A DNA stretch of 64,000 nucleotides from an uncultured Gemmatimonadales bacterium (GCA_963695555.1 CAVOGR010000004.1:64001-128000); one strand, 5' to 3'. Shown: positions 47,248 to 57,141, counted from the stretch's first letter. Program-made: numbers and translations. The notes: generated by a model not told the origin, from the sequence alone.

Positions 47248-48795
47248 ATGACATCAGCGACCGTCGCCCTCGACGGCTCCTCCCTGACCATCGACGAGGT
47301 CGTTCGCGTTGCCCGCGACCCCACAGTGACGGTTACGCTCGCTCCCGCGGCGGTCGATGGTGTCGCGCGGAGCCGTGCTCGAATCGAGGCGGCACTCGAG
47401 CACGGCGACACCATCTATGGCATCAACACGGGCTTCGGCAAGCTGGCCAACGTCCGGATCGCGCCGGATGCCCTGGACCGGCTCCAGGAGAATCTCATTC
47501 GGAGTCACTGTGCCGGGGTGGGTGATCCGCTTCCGGCCGACATCGTGCGCGCCAGTATGCTGCTTCGCGCCAACGTACTCCTGCGCCCGACGAGCGGGGT
47601 CCGCCCGGAACTCCTCCACGCATTGCGGAACCTGGTGAACAGCGGTCTCGTCCCCGTGGTACCCGAGCAGGGCAGCGTCGGGGCCAGTGGCGACCTTGCC
47701 CCCCTCAGTCACATCGCGTTGGTCCTCATGGGAGAGGGTGACGTCCTCACCGAAAGCGGGGAGCGGTTGGGTGCCGCCACCGCCCTCAGCGAGGCTGGTC
47801 TCACGCCTCACCGTTTCGGTACCAAGGAGGGATTGGCGTTCATCAATGGCACGCAAGTGCAGACGGCGGTCCTTGCCCTCGCGGTCCACGACGCCTGGGT
47901 GCTCTGGAGGAGCGCGCTTGGGGCCGCGGCCATGAGCCTCGAGGCGCTCCGGGGGACCCCGATCCCGCTCGACCCTCGAATCCACGCCGCCAGGCCACAT
48001 GACGGCCAGCAGTTGGCCGCGGCGCTGATGCGGGCGCTCGTCGACCAGAGCGAAATTCGCGAGTCTCATCGCGACAACGATCCACGCGTCCAGGACGCGT
48101 ACAGTGTGCGATGCGCGCCGCAGGTGATGGGTGCCGTGGCCGATGCTATCCGCTTTGCCGAGCAGACGGTCAGGATCGAGCTCAACGCGTCGACCGACAA
48201 TCCGCTCGTCTTCGAGAACGGCGACGTGCTGTCCGGCGGTAACTTCCACGGGCAGCCGATCGCTCAGGCGCTGGACATCCTCGCCATCGCGTTGACCACG
48301 CTCCAAGGCCTCGCCGAACGTCGCATCGAGCGACTGGTCAATCCCGATCTGTCGCAGGGGCTTCCGGCATTCCTCACCAGCGATCCCGGGCTGAGTTCGG
48401 GATACATGATGGTTCAGGTCACTGCCGCCTCATTGGTGGCCGAATCGCGGACCCTCGCGTACCCGGCGAGCGTGACATCGATCCCGACGGATGCCAATCA
48501 AGAGGACTTCGTGCCGATGAGCATGGCGGCCGCGTTCAAGACGCGGCGCGTGCTGGCAAATGCGCGGCGGGTGGTCGCCGTGGAGTTTCTCTGTGCGGCC
48601 CAGGGACTGGACTTCCTCCACCCGCTGAAGTCGGGTCGGGGTGTCGCCGACCTCTATCGTCGGATCCGAGCGGATCATCCACCGATCCAGCCCCTGGACG
48701 CCGACCGCCCGCCGGCGCCTGACATCGAGCAGCTCACCTCCCGGATTGCCCAGGGCGCCCTCGATCCCCTGGCGTACCTGCCGTCGGAGCGCTGA
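47248..48795 (+). CDS. hutH: histidine ammonia-lyase
   Basis: YGINTGFGKL, NLIRSH (Ser-His specificity pair of HAL), GSVGASGDLAPL (MIO), RVQDAYSVRC, SGGNFHG. Confidence 0.93.
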   Translation: MTSATVALDGSSLTIDEVVRVARDPTVTVTLAPAAVDGVARSRARIEAALEHGDTIYGINTGFGKLANVRIAPDALDRLQENLIRSHCAGVGDPLPADIVRASMLLRANVLLRPTSGVRPELLHALRNLVNSGLVPVVPEQGSVGASGDLAPLSHIALVLMGEGDVLTESGERLGAATALSEAGLTPHRFGTKEGLAFINGTQVQTAVLALAVHDAWVLWRSALGAAAMSLEALRGTPIPLDPRIHAARPHDGQQLAAALMRALVDQSEIRESHRDNDPRVQDAYSVRCAPQVMGAVADAIRFAEQTVRIELNASTDNPLVFENGDVLSGGNFHGQPIAQALDILAIALTTLQGLAERRIERLVNPDLSQGLPAFLTSDPGLSSGYMMVQVTAASLVAESRTLAYPASVTSIPTDANQEDFVPMSMAAAFKTRRVLANARRVVAVEFLCAAQGLDFLHPLKSGRGVADLYRRIRADHPPIQPLDADRPPAPDIEQLTSRIAQGALDPLAYLPSER

Positions 48796-48811
48796 TCGTG
48801 CGGGCTTCGGG

Positions 48812-48840
48812 TTGCTCCGCTTTGGGGGGACCCCTATCTT
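48812..48840 (+). promoter_or_regulatory. sigma70-type promoter
   Basis: TTGCTC-N17-TATCTT upstream of the 48911 gene. Confidence 0.5.
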
Positions 48841-48910
48841 TTGCTCGGGGTGTGTCGGGACGCTAAGTACAAGTCATTTCGCTCTTTCCCCTCGTCTGAT
48901 AGTGAGCTGA

Positions 48911-51574
48911 ATGAACCTCAAGAAGCTCAAAGAGTCTGCTAGAAAACACGAGCAGAAAGAGGATTGGCCGACAGCCGTCAAGATCTATCTACGGGCAATC
49001 GAGGCGTCTGAATCCGGCCTCGAACCGGTGCCGGATCTCTCCCTGTACAATAGGGTCGGCGATCTTTACATGAAGCTCAACGATACCGCTCGGGCCGTGA
49101 AGACCTACGAGCGGGCCGTCGATCTGTATGCCGACCAGGGGTTTGCCAACAACGCCATCGCCATCTGCGGCAAGATCCTCCGGGTCAACCCCGGCCGCAT
49201 GCACACCTACCTTACGCTCGCCAAGCTGTACGCGCGGAAGAACTTTGTGGTCGATGCCAAGAAGAATCTGCTCGAGTATCTCGACCGCATGAACAAGGCC
49301 AACCGACGCGACGAGGCCTTTCGCGAAGTAACCGGCTTTGCCGAGCAATTCCACGGCGAAGCCGAAATCCGGGACATGTTGCGCGAGTTGGTTCAGGCGG
49401 CCTCGCGGGAGACACACTCCGCTGAGCAGCTGGACAAGCTCGCGGCCCAGTTGGAGGCGGGACCCGCTGGGGCATCGACCGGCGATGTAGGTGTGGGGTC
49501 GGCTGCATCGAGGCAGGGGAGGAGGCCGGGGGAGCTGGTTTTCCTGGACACCAGCGCCGCTCTCCCGGCGGAGCCCCTGTTGGAGCCGCTCCCGGAGGTC
49601 CCGGAGCCGCCGGTCGAGGCTCCGCCCGAACCTCCAGTCCAACCACCGGAAGTGACTAGCCCGACATCGGATCTCCCATTGATCGATCTCGGCGATGAGG
49701 CTTCTGCAGAGACCTTGGCACCTGACTCCGGGCTCGAGCTGGAAGAGGAGTTTGGCGGCGAGAGCCTGCTTGATGGTGATGCCGTGTCGGAGCAATTGGC
49801 AGACGATGTGCCGGAGCTCGAAGGTGTCGAGCCAACTGCCCTCGCGGGCGATGATTCGGCAGATGTGGAAGTCTTGGAGGGGCTGGAGGTCGGCGGGGGC
49901 CTCACCATCGAAGATCAATTGGAGGGGGAAGAGCAGGAGCTGGAAGAAGGAGTTGAGCCCACGGCACTCGACGGCGTTGAACTCGAATCCGTCCCCACCC
50001 GGTTGGAAGATCTCGAGGTCGCTGAGTTCGAGGACCTCGATGGCGCGGAGCCCGGACCGGTCACGATGGATGAGCAGGCCCTCGAGGCCGATGCCGCGGC
50101 CGAAGTCGGCTCGGAAGAAGAGGTTGAGCTCCAACCGGTAGATCAGGTCGAGGAGCTCGACACTGTCGGTTCGTGGGACACGGATGCCCCCGAATTCGTT
50201 AAGGAGGCCGGACAGGCCGATCAGGAGCCGCCCGAGGAGGCTTGGGCGGAGGAGGATGTTCAGGGAGAGGGTCCGGCCGCCGCGCTGCCATGGCTATCGG
50301 GTGAAGAGGCCGCCGGGGATCTGGAAGACCCTGACCTTGCGGGGGCGGAGCCGAACTGGGTCGATGAGGATGCGGTTGAGGCCGAGGCCGAGGCCGAGGA
50401 GAAAGCCGCGGAGCCGCTCGAAGTGTCCGGATTCGCGGCGGAGGACGAGGCGGTCGAAGAGGACGAATTCCCTGCGTTTGAAGCGCCCGCCGCCGACGAG
50501 ATGCCCCCAAGCTCGCCGGGATGGGCACCCCAGGGTGTTGGGACGATGGACCTCGTGCAGGCGGACATCGCCGGACTCGAGCAACAGCTGGCGCAAAGCC
50601 CGAACGATCCCTTCGCCCACCGGGCTCTTGGCGAAGGGTTGATCACGGCCGGATCGAAAGAGCGCGGACTGTACGAGCTCGAATTGGCTCTGGCAGGGTT
50701 CGAAGCGCGGCAGGATTGGGGACGGAGCACGGACGTGCTCCGGGAACTCGTCCGCCTCGACCCTAACCGGATCTGGTACTACCAGAAGCGGGTGGAACTG
50801 GCCTTTCGCTCCGGAGAAAAGGGACGCTTGGTGGAGGCGTACCTCGAACTCGGTGATGTCCTGGTGCGGGTGGGCTCGCTCGAAAAGGCGCTCGCCGTGT
50901 ATGGCCGCGTCTTGGAACACGATCCCGCGAATGAGTTTGCCAGCGCTGCCCTGGACGTGCTCCGGCCGGCGAGGCCTGCCGAAGTGGATCAGCCGGCGAG
51001 GCCGTCGCGCCGCCGCGCAGACGCCGATGCCGAGCGAACAGAGGAAGAATACGTCGACCTCGGTGCACTCGTGCTCGAGCCCCGGCCGCGGCGCGACACC
51101 CGTATCCGGGTCGGGGATGAAGAGCCGACGGGTGACGAGGAACGGGACTTCGAGCTGATGCTCGAGCAGTTCAAGGCCGCGCTGGAGGAGAGCCTGACTG
51201 ACGAGGATTACCAAGCCCACTACGACCTCGGCGTCGCCTTCAAGGAAATGGGCTTGTTGGACGAGGCGATCGCCGAGTTCCAGAAGGCCCTTCGAGCGCC
51301 GGAGGGCCGCTTGCGGACGTCCGAAGCGTTGGGAGTGTCGTTCTACGAGAAGGGACAATATGCCGTGGCCGAAGCAATCCTTCGCCGTGCGGTGGACGGA
51401 ATCTCCGGATTGGACGACGAGAAGATCGGTCTGTTGTACTGGCTCGGACGTTCGACGGAGTCGCTGGGTCGAGTCCGTGAGGCCCTCAAGGCTTATGAGC
51501 GCGCGATGGCGGTGGATGTCGGCTTCATGGACATCAACGAGCGGGTCCGGCGGCTCGAGGCGGGGTCCGCATGA
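48911..51574 (+). CDS. TPR protein with a long acidic disordered linker (SgmX/FimV-like architecture)
   Basis: N-terminal TPRs, ~350-aa Glu/Asp/Pro-rich linker, middle TPRs, C-terminal HYDLGVAFKEMGLLDEAIAEFQKA TPR cluster. Confidence 0.8.
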   Translation: MNLKKLKESARKHEQKEDWPTAVKIYLRAIEASESGLEPVPDLSLYNRVGDLYMKLNDTARAVKTYERAVDLYADQGFANNAIAICGKILRVNPGRMHTYLTLAKLYARKNFVVDAKKNLLEYLDRMNKANRRDEAFREVTGFAEQFHGEAEIRDMLRELVQAASRETHSAEQLDKLAAQLEAGPAGASTGDVGVGSAASRQGRRPGELVFLDTSAALPAEPLLEPLPEVPEPPVEAPPEPPVQPPEVTSPTSDLPLIDLGDEASAETLAPDSGLELEEEFGGESLLDGDAVSEQLADDVPELEGVEPTALAGDDSADVEVLEGLEVGGGLTIEDQLEGEEQELEEGVEPTALDGVELESVPTRLEDLEVAEFEDLDGAEPGPVTMDEQALEADAAAEVGSEEEVELQPVDQVEELDTVGSWDTDAPEFVKEAGQADQEPPEEAWAEEDVQGEGPAAALPWLSGEEAAGDLEDPDLAGAEPNWVDEDAVEAEAEAEEKAAEPLEVSGFAAEDEAVEEDEFPAFEAPAADEMPPSSPGWAPQGVGTMDLVQADIAGLEQQLAQSPNDPFAHRALGEGLITAGSKERGLYELELALAGFEARQDWGRSTDVLRELVRLDPNRIWYYQKRVELAFRSGEKGRLVEAYLELGDVLVRVGSLEKALAVYGRVLEHDPANEFASAALDVLRPARPAEVDQPARPSRRRADADAERTEEEYVDLGALVLEPRPRRDTRIRVGDEEPTGDEERDFELMLEQFKAALEESLTDEDYQAHYDLGVAFKEMGLLDEAIAEFQKALRAPEGRLRTSEALGVSFYEKGQYAVAEAILRRAVDGISGLDDEKIGLLYWLGRSTESLGRVREALKAYERAMAVDVGFMDINERVRRLEAGSA

Positions 51575-52563
51575 CGGGGCAGGGCACAGCTGGGATTGGT
51601 CTTGCCGACATCCAGGGGCAGCTCCTTCCCCGACTCACCGCCGTCCGCCGAGAATTGCGGCGGATCGTGGAGACGGATTTCGCGCTGATTTCTCTGGCAA
51701 ATGCCCACCTCATGCAGATGCAGGGAAAACTGTTCCGGCCGACCCTGGTGTTGTTGGCCGAGCAGGCGACGGGACCGGCGCGGCCGCGGGCGATTACGCT
51801 GGCGGCGGTGGTGGAGTTGATTCATCTCGCCACTCTCGTGCACGACGATTCGGTGGATCATTCCGTGCTCCGCCGCGGGATGCCGACCTTGAACGCGCTG
51901 TTCAGTCACCAGGTGTCCGTGATCATGGGCGATTATCTCTACTCGCGCGCCGTGATCGAATTGGTGCGGTTGAACGACCTCGAACCGCTCCGCATCCTGG
52001 CGCGAGTCACCAACGAGATGACGATCGGGGAGATGCGCCAGCTGACGGCGCATGACCCTTTGGCGTTTACCGAAGCCGATTACGATTTGTTGATTCGCTC
52101 CAAGACGGCCTCCCTCCTGTCCGGGGCATGTGAAGTTGGTGCCCTCAGCGCAGATCCTCCCGCCCGTGCGGCACTCCGGCGTTTCGGCGACAATTTGGGT
52201 ATGGCGTTTCAGATCATCGACGACTTGATCGACTACACCGAGGAGGAGGCGACCACCGGCAAACCTTCCGGATCGGACCTCCGGGAGCACAAGGTGACCC
52301 TCCCCTTGATTTACGCCTTGCCCAGGCTGTCCGCCTCGGAGCGAGGGGTCATCGACGAGCTGATGGCAACCGTCGAACCGTCGGATGACTTGATCGCTAC
52401 TGTGATCGAGCTCGTGGCCGGTGCCGGTGGCTTGGCGTATGCCCGGGAGCGGGCCCAGCAGTTTTGCGACCAAGCCGAGGCGGAACTGGACAATCTGATC
52501 CCCTCGCCAGCCTGCGAGGCGCTCCGGGCGAGTCTCACCTACCTGCTCGAACGGCGGAGTTGA
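51571..52563 (+). CDS. trans-polyprenyl diphosphate synthase (IspB/HepT-like)
   Basis: GKLFRP, ELIHLATLVHDDSVD..RRG, GDYLY, KTA, AFQIIDDLID, GKPSGSDLRE. Confidence 0.93.
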   Translation: MTGQGTAGIGLADIQGQLLPRLTAVRRELRRIVETDFALISLANAHLMQMQGKLFRPTLVLLAEQATGPARPRAITLAAVVELIHLATLVHDDSVDHSVLRRGMPTLNALFSHQVSVIMGDYLYSRAVIELVRLNDLEPLRILARVTNEMTIGEMRQLTAHDPLAFTEADYDLLIRSKTASLLSGACEVGALSADPPARAALRRFGDNLGMAFQIIDDLIDYTEEEATTGKPSGSDLREHKVTLPLIYALPRLSASERGVIDELMATVEPSDDLIATVIELVAGAGGLAYARERAQQFCDQAEAELDNLIPSPACEALRASLTYLLERRS

Positions 52564-52835
52564 TGGCCACCGGACCGCATCGGCCGGGCTTCTACCTGGG
52601 TGTGCTGATCTCGGGTTTCATCACCGGCGGCTTCGTCACGGCGCTGCTCGCCCGCTTTCTGCCGGACAGCACCTTCAAACAGGTCTTCGTCAGCACCTGG
52701 ACGCCGACGGTCGGCCCTGTCTCTGTCGACCTCCTAGTGGTAAACTTCACGGTAGGGCCGGTTGGACTGGCCGTGTCGGTCTTGAGCCTCGTCGGCGTGA
52801 TCATCGCCTACTTCGTGGCGCGTTCGCTCTTTTAA
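52563..52835 (+). CDS. small membrane protein (DUF4321-like)
   Basis: ATG 52563 in a TGATG overlap; two hydrophobic segments and VDLLVVNFTVG motif; family assignment tentative. Confidence 0.6.
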   Translation: MATGPHRPGFYLGVLISGFITGGFVTALLARFLPDSTFKQVFVSTWTPTVGPVSVDLLVVNFTVGPVGLAVSVLSLVGVIIAYFVARSLF

Positions 52836-52847
52836 GGTGGTGGCGCT

Positions 52848-53093
52848 ATGGGCATCGGGAACTTGGGATTCGGTGAAATTCTCATCATTCTGGTGGTGCT
52901 GCTCCTCGTGTTCGGGGCTCGTCGCTTGCCGGAAATCGGGGCGTCCTTGGGGAAGGGGATCCGCGAATTCAAGCGAAGCATCACGGAAACGAGCGATGCG
53001 GTGACGCGGGGCAACGATCAGGAGCCGCCGGCTCGACAAATCGATGCGCAGGCATCACCGACGGACGGTGAGCCGAAGCGCTTGTCCCAATAG
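52848..53093 (+). CDS. tatA: twin-arginine translocase subunit TatA
   Basis: GFGEILIILVVLLLVFGARRLPEIGASLGKGIREFK. Confidence 0.95.
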   Translation: MGIGNLGFGEILIILVVLLLVFGARRLPEIGASLGKGIREFKRSITETSDAVTRGNDQEPPARQIDAQASPTDGEPKRLSQ

Positions 53094-53122
53094 CGGTCGA
53101 GCATCTCCGGCAGGGGCCTGAG

Positions 53123-53166
53123 GTGAGCGGGGCGGTTCGACTGGTCGAACCGCCCCGCTCACATTT
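53123..53166. terminator. stem-loop between convergent tatA and ppiD
   Basis: Perfect 18-bp stem GTGAGCGGGGCGGTTCGA-CTGG-TCGAACCGCCCCGCTCAC, then ATTT. Confidence 0.7.
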
Positions 53167-53192
53167 CGGGAATGATCTCGAGCGCGCGACTG

Positions 53193-55061
53193 CTAATACC
53201 CGACTGCTCCCTGGCTCCGGCTCTGCTGCCGCTCGGCTTCCGCCTCCAGCTGCGCCGCCGTTCGGTAGAGATCGTCCCGTCGGTCCACCACGTTGGCCGA
53301 AGCACGGAGCGCCGTCAAGTAGTTCCGCACCCGGTCTTGGCGCACCAATCGAACTTCCTGGGCCCGGTATTCATCGAGGGTCTTCACGAATTCAGCAGAA
53401 TCGGCTGGGACGCTGCTGAGAACTCGGATGACATACAGGCCGTCGCTGGTGTCGAGGAGCCCGCTCCGCGTGCCTGGCGCCAGGCCGAACGCCGTTCCAA
53501 CCAGGATCGGGTTCGGAAACGGCGGCCGGGTTCGGACGAAGGGCCCGACCTCGCGGTAGGGCAACCCCATCGCCTCGGCCGCTTGTGCCATGGACGCCCC
53601 ACCGGTCAGCCGGTCCAGGTACTCCTGGCCTCGGGCCCGAGCGGCGTCCCATTTCTTGAGCGATCGGACCTCCTGGGTGACGGCGGCCCGGACCGTGGGG
53701 TCGGTCAACGGCGGGACACCTTCGGGCTGCAAGCTGTCGAGCCGGAACAGATAGAAATTCCGGGAGTCCTCGATGATGGGACTGACCTCACCCACCTGCG
53801 CCCGAAAGGCCCAGACGCCGGCGTCGGGCACGATCAGATTGCCAACCTGCACCCTGCTCCCCGGTTGGAGTGGCGCTGCCGGATAGATCGGCAGGCCCAA
53901 CGCCCGGGCCACGGTGTCCAACGCCGCCGGGTCCAGGCGCTCGGCCCCAATCGCCTCCATCGAATCTGCCTGGGCATCGACCAAGTCGCGATGAGCGCCT
54001 GCCAGCTCGATGGGGATCAGGATATGTCGTCCCTCCGCGGTGTCGGCCCGGCGGGACGTGACCTCGATCACGTGGTACCCGAACTCGGTGAGCACCGGTT
54101 GGGAAAGGGTGTTGAGCCGCATGGCGAAGGCGGCTGAGTCGAACGCGGGGGTAAATGAGCCCCGGGTCCAGGAGCCGAGATCCCCACCGGCGTTGCCGGA
54201 CACGGTATCCGCCGACTCCCGGCGGGCAACCTCCGCGAACGGCGTGCCGTCGAGAATCTCCTGCCGGGCCTGCTCCGCCCGGGCCAACGCCGTGGCGGTG
54301 TCGCTCGCGTTAGGCGCGCGCGGGAGGACCACGGCACTGAGATAGGCCGTCGTTGGCCGCGTCAGATCGTCCGCGTGGCTCCGGTAGTAGGCGGTAATCT
54401 CGTCGTCGGCCACCGCGACGGCCGAATCCGGGATCACCTGCCGAGGGATGAGTGCGGTGACGCCGATGGTTACCGCCTGATTCGCGTCGCGATAGCGCTC
54501 CCACAGCGCCGCGTCGGAAAGGTAGACGTCTGCGGTGACCAGACGGAGAAGTTTTGACCGCATGAGTTCACTGCGATACTGGGCTTCGAGCAGCGGGACG
54601 TACTGCATGCCCACGCTCGACGTGAGCCAGCGCTGGTACTTGGCCATGTCGAACCGGCCGTCGGTCTGAAAATCCGGTTGTTGCTGCAGCTCCGGCGGCG
54701 GCACATTCCGCAGGAAATCAGCCACTTCGCCGGGCGACACCGAAATCTTCCGTCGCGCGTATTCCGCGTTGAGCACGGTGTTCGAAACGAACTCCTCCCA
54801 TACGTCGTCTCGAATCCGCTCGATGTCATCGAGGGTCAGCGTTTGTGGAGACTGCTGCTGGACGAGTTGGATCCGGTCCTGCACGACCTGCTGGTACGTT
54901 CGCGTATCGATACTCCGGCCATTGACCTTCCCGACCGAGGTGCTCGAGACCCCGGCTCCGGAGCCGCCGCCAATGCCGCTGAGTTGGATCAGAAAGAGCA
55001 CCATGAGCACCGCGAACACGATGGCGATGATCTTGGCGCTGCTGCGAAATGCTTGCATCAT
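53193..55061 (-). CDS. ppiD: membrane-anchored periplasmic chaperone/parvulin PPIase (PpiD/SurA-like)
   Basis: N-terminal TM, VGKVNG, FQTDGRFD..KY, rotamase FAEVARRES.D..SGNAGGDLG...TEFGYHVIEV. Confidence 0.88.
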   Translation of the reverse strand: MMQAFRSSAKIIAIVFAVLMVLFLIQLSGIGGGSGAGVSSTSVGKVNGRSIDTRTYQQVVQDRIQLVQQQSPQTLTLDDIERIRDDVWEEFVSNTVLNAEYARRKISVSPGEVADFLRNVPPPELQQQPDFQTDGRFDMAKYQRWLTSSVGMQYVPLLEAQYRSELMRSKLLRLVTADVYLSDAALWERYRDANQAVTIGVTALIPRQVIPDSAVAVADDEITAYYRSHADDLTRPTTAYLSAVVLPRAPNASDTATALARAEQARQEILDGTPFAEVARRESADTVSGNAGGDLGSWTRGSFTPAFDSAAFAMRLNTLSQPVLTEFGYHVIEVTSRRADTAEGRHILIPIELAGAHRDLVDAQADSMEAIGAERLDPAALDTVARALGLPIYPAAPLQPGSRVQVGNLIVPDAGVWAFRAQVGEVSPIIEDSRNFYLFRLDSLQPEGVPPLTDPTVRAAVTQEVRSLKKWDAARARGQEYLDRLTGGASMAQAAEAMGLPYREVGPFVRTRPPFPNPILVGTAFGLAPGTRSGLLDTSDGLYVIRVLSSVPADSAEFVKTLDEYRAQEVRLVRQDRVRNYLTALRASANVVDRRDDLYRTAAQLEAEAERQQSRSQGAVGY

Positions 55062-55108
55062 GGGACGTGACTCCGGGCCGGCTCAACAAAGGGTGGCGAA
55101 AGGCTGTA

Positions 55109-55137
55109 AGTGTAAGCCTGCCAACGCACAATCTCAA
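55109..55137 (-). promoter_or_regulatory. sigma70-type promoter for ppiD
   Basis: Minus strand TTGAGA-N17-TACACT. Confidence 0.6.
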
Positions 55138-55158
55138 GCGGGCGGGCCGAGCGGATAG

Positions 55159-55187
55159 TTGACATGGTTTGGTACGGATACTACTGT
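55159..55187 (+). promoter_or_regulatory. sigma70-type promoter for the TPR-aroQ-efp-acc operon
   Basis: TTGACA-N17-TACTGT, back-to-back with the ppiD promoter. Confidence 0.65.
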
Positions 55188-55227
55188 TTGGCGAACTCCT
55201 GCAACAACTTACGCCACGGGATCTCGG

Positions 55228-57141
55228 ATGGCCGCGACTCGCGAACTCGATAAGCTCGAACGCCAGTACCAGGAGAACCCAGAAGGCACCGCCTTCGCTC
55301 CCCTCGCGAACGCTCACCGCAAACTTGGAAACATCGAGCGGGCGCTCGATATCCTGCAGGGTGGGCTGTTCCACCACCCCGACTATGCTCCCGCTCGGAT
55401 CGTGTTGGGCCGTTGCTATCTGGATCAGGGCCATGACGATGCGGCAGAGCGTGAGTTCGGCCGCGTGCTCGACCGCGACCAGGAAAACGTCATCGCCCTC
55501 CAGGCCCTCGCCGACATCGCCGAGCGGACGGCGCGCCTCGATGAGGCGGAACGGTGGCTGACCATCCTCCTCGGCATCGACCAGGGCAACGCGGCCGCGC
55601 GCGAACAGCTGGCACGTGTTGCGGCCGGGGCGGGGCCGGACGTGAGCGCCGAGCCGGCGTGGTCTTCCGCTGAGGAGGATGCGGAGTCGTCAGACGGCGA
55701 ATCTCTCGATCGCACTGAAGCTGGCTACGACGACGCGTCTGACATCGTCGGTCCGCTGGAGGGTCTCGAGGTGCCGCGGTCTTTCGCTCTGGAGGAGGAT
55801 ACAGAGCTGTCAAACGGCGAATCTCTCGAGCGCGTTGAAGCTGGCTACGACGACGCGTCTGACAGCGTCGGCCCGCTGGAGGGTCTCGAGCTTGCCGAGT
55901 CTTTCGACTCAGAGGTGGCCGATGAGGAGGTCGAGGAGCTCGATATCGTCGGCCGCGGCATCGAGTTGGAGCCGGTCGAAGGGCCAGCCGACCTCGAGCG
56001 CTTGGAACCAGGAGACCAGACGGGTGTGGAGGAAGCGGAAGCGAGTCCGGAGGAAACCGAGCCAGCGGAGCAGGAATCCGAGTGGCTTCGACCACGTATG
56101 CCAGAAGCAATGAGTAGCCTGAGTGCCTGGGATGTCGAAGGCGAGGAATCTGCCGACGAGGAGTCCACGGTGCTCGACGACGCGGTGGATGAGACCGCGG
56201 TGGTGGCCGGGCCCGAGTCGATCACGGCCGATGTGGAAGGCGGGCTCGCGTGGGAGCCCGAGTCCGACCTCGACGTCGAAGAAGAGGAGGGGGAGCAGGA
56301 AGGTGATGAAACGCCGGCGGCGTTTGCGGAGCTGGATTCGCTAACCGGCTTCGAGGAGTCATTGACCGACGAGCGCATCCCGGAGGAGGAGCGAGCCGGT
56401 GCGGCCGAGCTTCCGGCCTTCGAGGAAACGGCTCCGCTGGACGGCTACGAGATGGCCTGGGACGAGGGGCCGGCCGAGACGACCGAGGGGGTGACGGACG
56501 GCGCCGAACCGGAGCCAGAGCCGGTGGCAACGGAGACCATGGCCGAGCTCTATCTCAGCCAAGGACACCGGGTCGAGGCGCTCGGCATCTACCGCACACT
56601 GTTAGCCCGGCAACCCGATAACCTCCGGTTGAAGGAGAAGGTCGCTGTGCTGGAAGAGGAAGGAAAGCGGCCGGCGGCCAGTCCGGTCGGCGGCTCGAGC
56701 GAGTTTGCCGGGACGTCACGCGGTGGCCAGAGTGTCTCGGATTTTTTCCGGGTGCTGCTCGCATCTCGACCCGACTCCGAACCGCCGGCGGACGCAGAGC
56801 GTCAGCCGACCGAATCCAGCGCCCCCACCGGAGAGGCTCGAGCCAGCGATCTCCGGGGGCCCTCCGAGAGCGGATCCGTTGGAGAGCCCACTCGCCCCGC
56901 GCACGATCGTCTGCTGTTGAGCTCGGTGTTCGGCGAGGATGCATCCCCGGTGCCGCCTGCGGTGCGGGGCCCCGGTGGGCGCGGGATGTCCGGAACGACC
57001 GGTCGCTTCTCCTTCGACGCCTTCTTTGGTGGCCAGCGGGGTGAGAGCGTGCAGCCGCCTGAGGTGGGTGCGGGAGGTACCCGGATCGAGGAGGAGGACC
57101 TGGACCAATTCCAGGCCTGGTTGCAGAGCCTCAAGGGCTAG
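55228..57141 (+). CDS. TPR protein with acidic low-complexity linker
   Basis: N-terminal NPEGTAFAPLANAHRK...ARIVLGRCY TPRs; TETMAELYLSQGH motif; C-terminal helix DLDQFQAWLQSLKG. Confidence 0.8.
   Translation: MAATRELDKLERQYQENPEGTAFAPLANAHRKLGNIERALDILQGGLFHHPDYAPARIVLGRCYLDQGHDDAAEREFGRVLDRDQENVIALQALADIAERTARLDEAERWLTILLGIDQGNAAAREQLARVAAGAGPDVSAEPAWSSAEEDAESSDGESLDRTEAGYDDASDIVGPLEGLEVPRSFALEEDTELSNGESLERVEAGYDDASDSVGPLEGLELAESFDSEVADEEVEELDIVGRGIELEPVEGPADLERLEPGDQTGVEEAEASPEETEPAEQESEWLRPRMPEAMSSLSAWDVEGEESADEESTVLDDAVDETAVVAGPESITADVEGGLAWEPESDLDVEEEEGEQEGDETPAAFAELDSLTGFEESLTDERIPEEERAGAAELPAFEETAPLDGYEMAWDEGPAETTEGVTDGAEPEPEPVATETMAELYLSQGHRVEALGIYRTLLARQPDNLRLKEKVAVLEEEGKRPAASPVGGSSEFAGTSRGGQSVSDFFRVLLASRPDSEPPADAERQPTESSAPTGEARASDLRGPSESGSVGEPTRPAHDRLLLSSVFGEDASPVPPAVRGPGGRGMSGTTGRFSFDAFFGGQRGESVQPPEVGAGGTRIEEEDLDQFQAWLQSLKG
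55672..55911 (+). repeat. 120-bp (40-aa) tandem duplication inside the CDS
   Basis: EEDAESSDGESLDRTEAGYDDASDIVGPLEGLEVPRSFAL / EEDTELSNGESLERVEAGYDDASDSVGPLEGLELAESFDS; both copies share the DNA core TGAAGCTGGCTACGACGACGCGTCTGACA. Confidence 0.92.

Noticed and set aside
50377..50399. (GAGGCC)n microsatellite as a phase-variation tract
   Set aside because: About three in-frame hexamer units encoding EAEAEAE within a low-complexity linker; length changes would not shift the frame.
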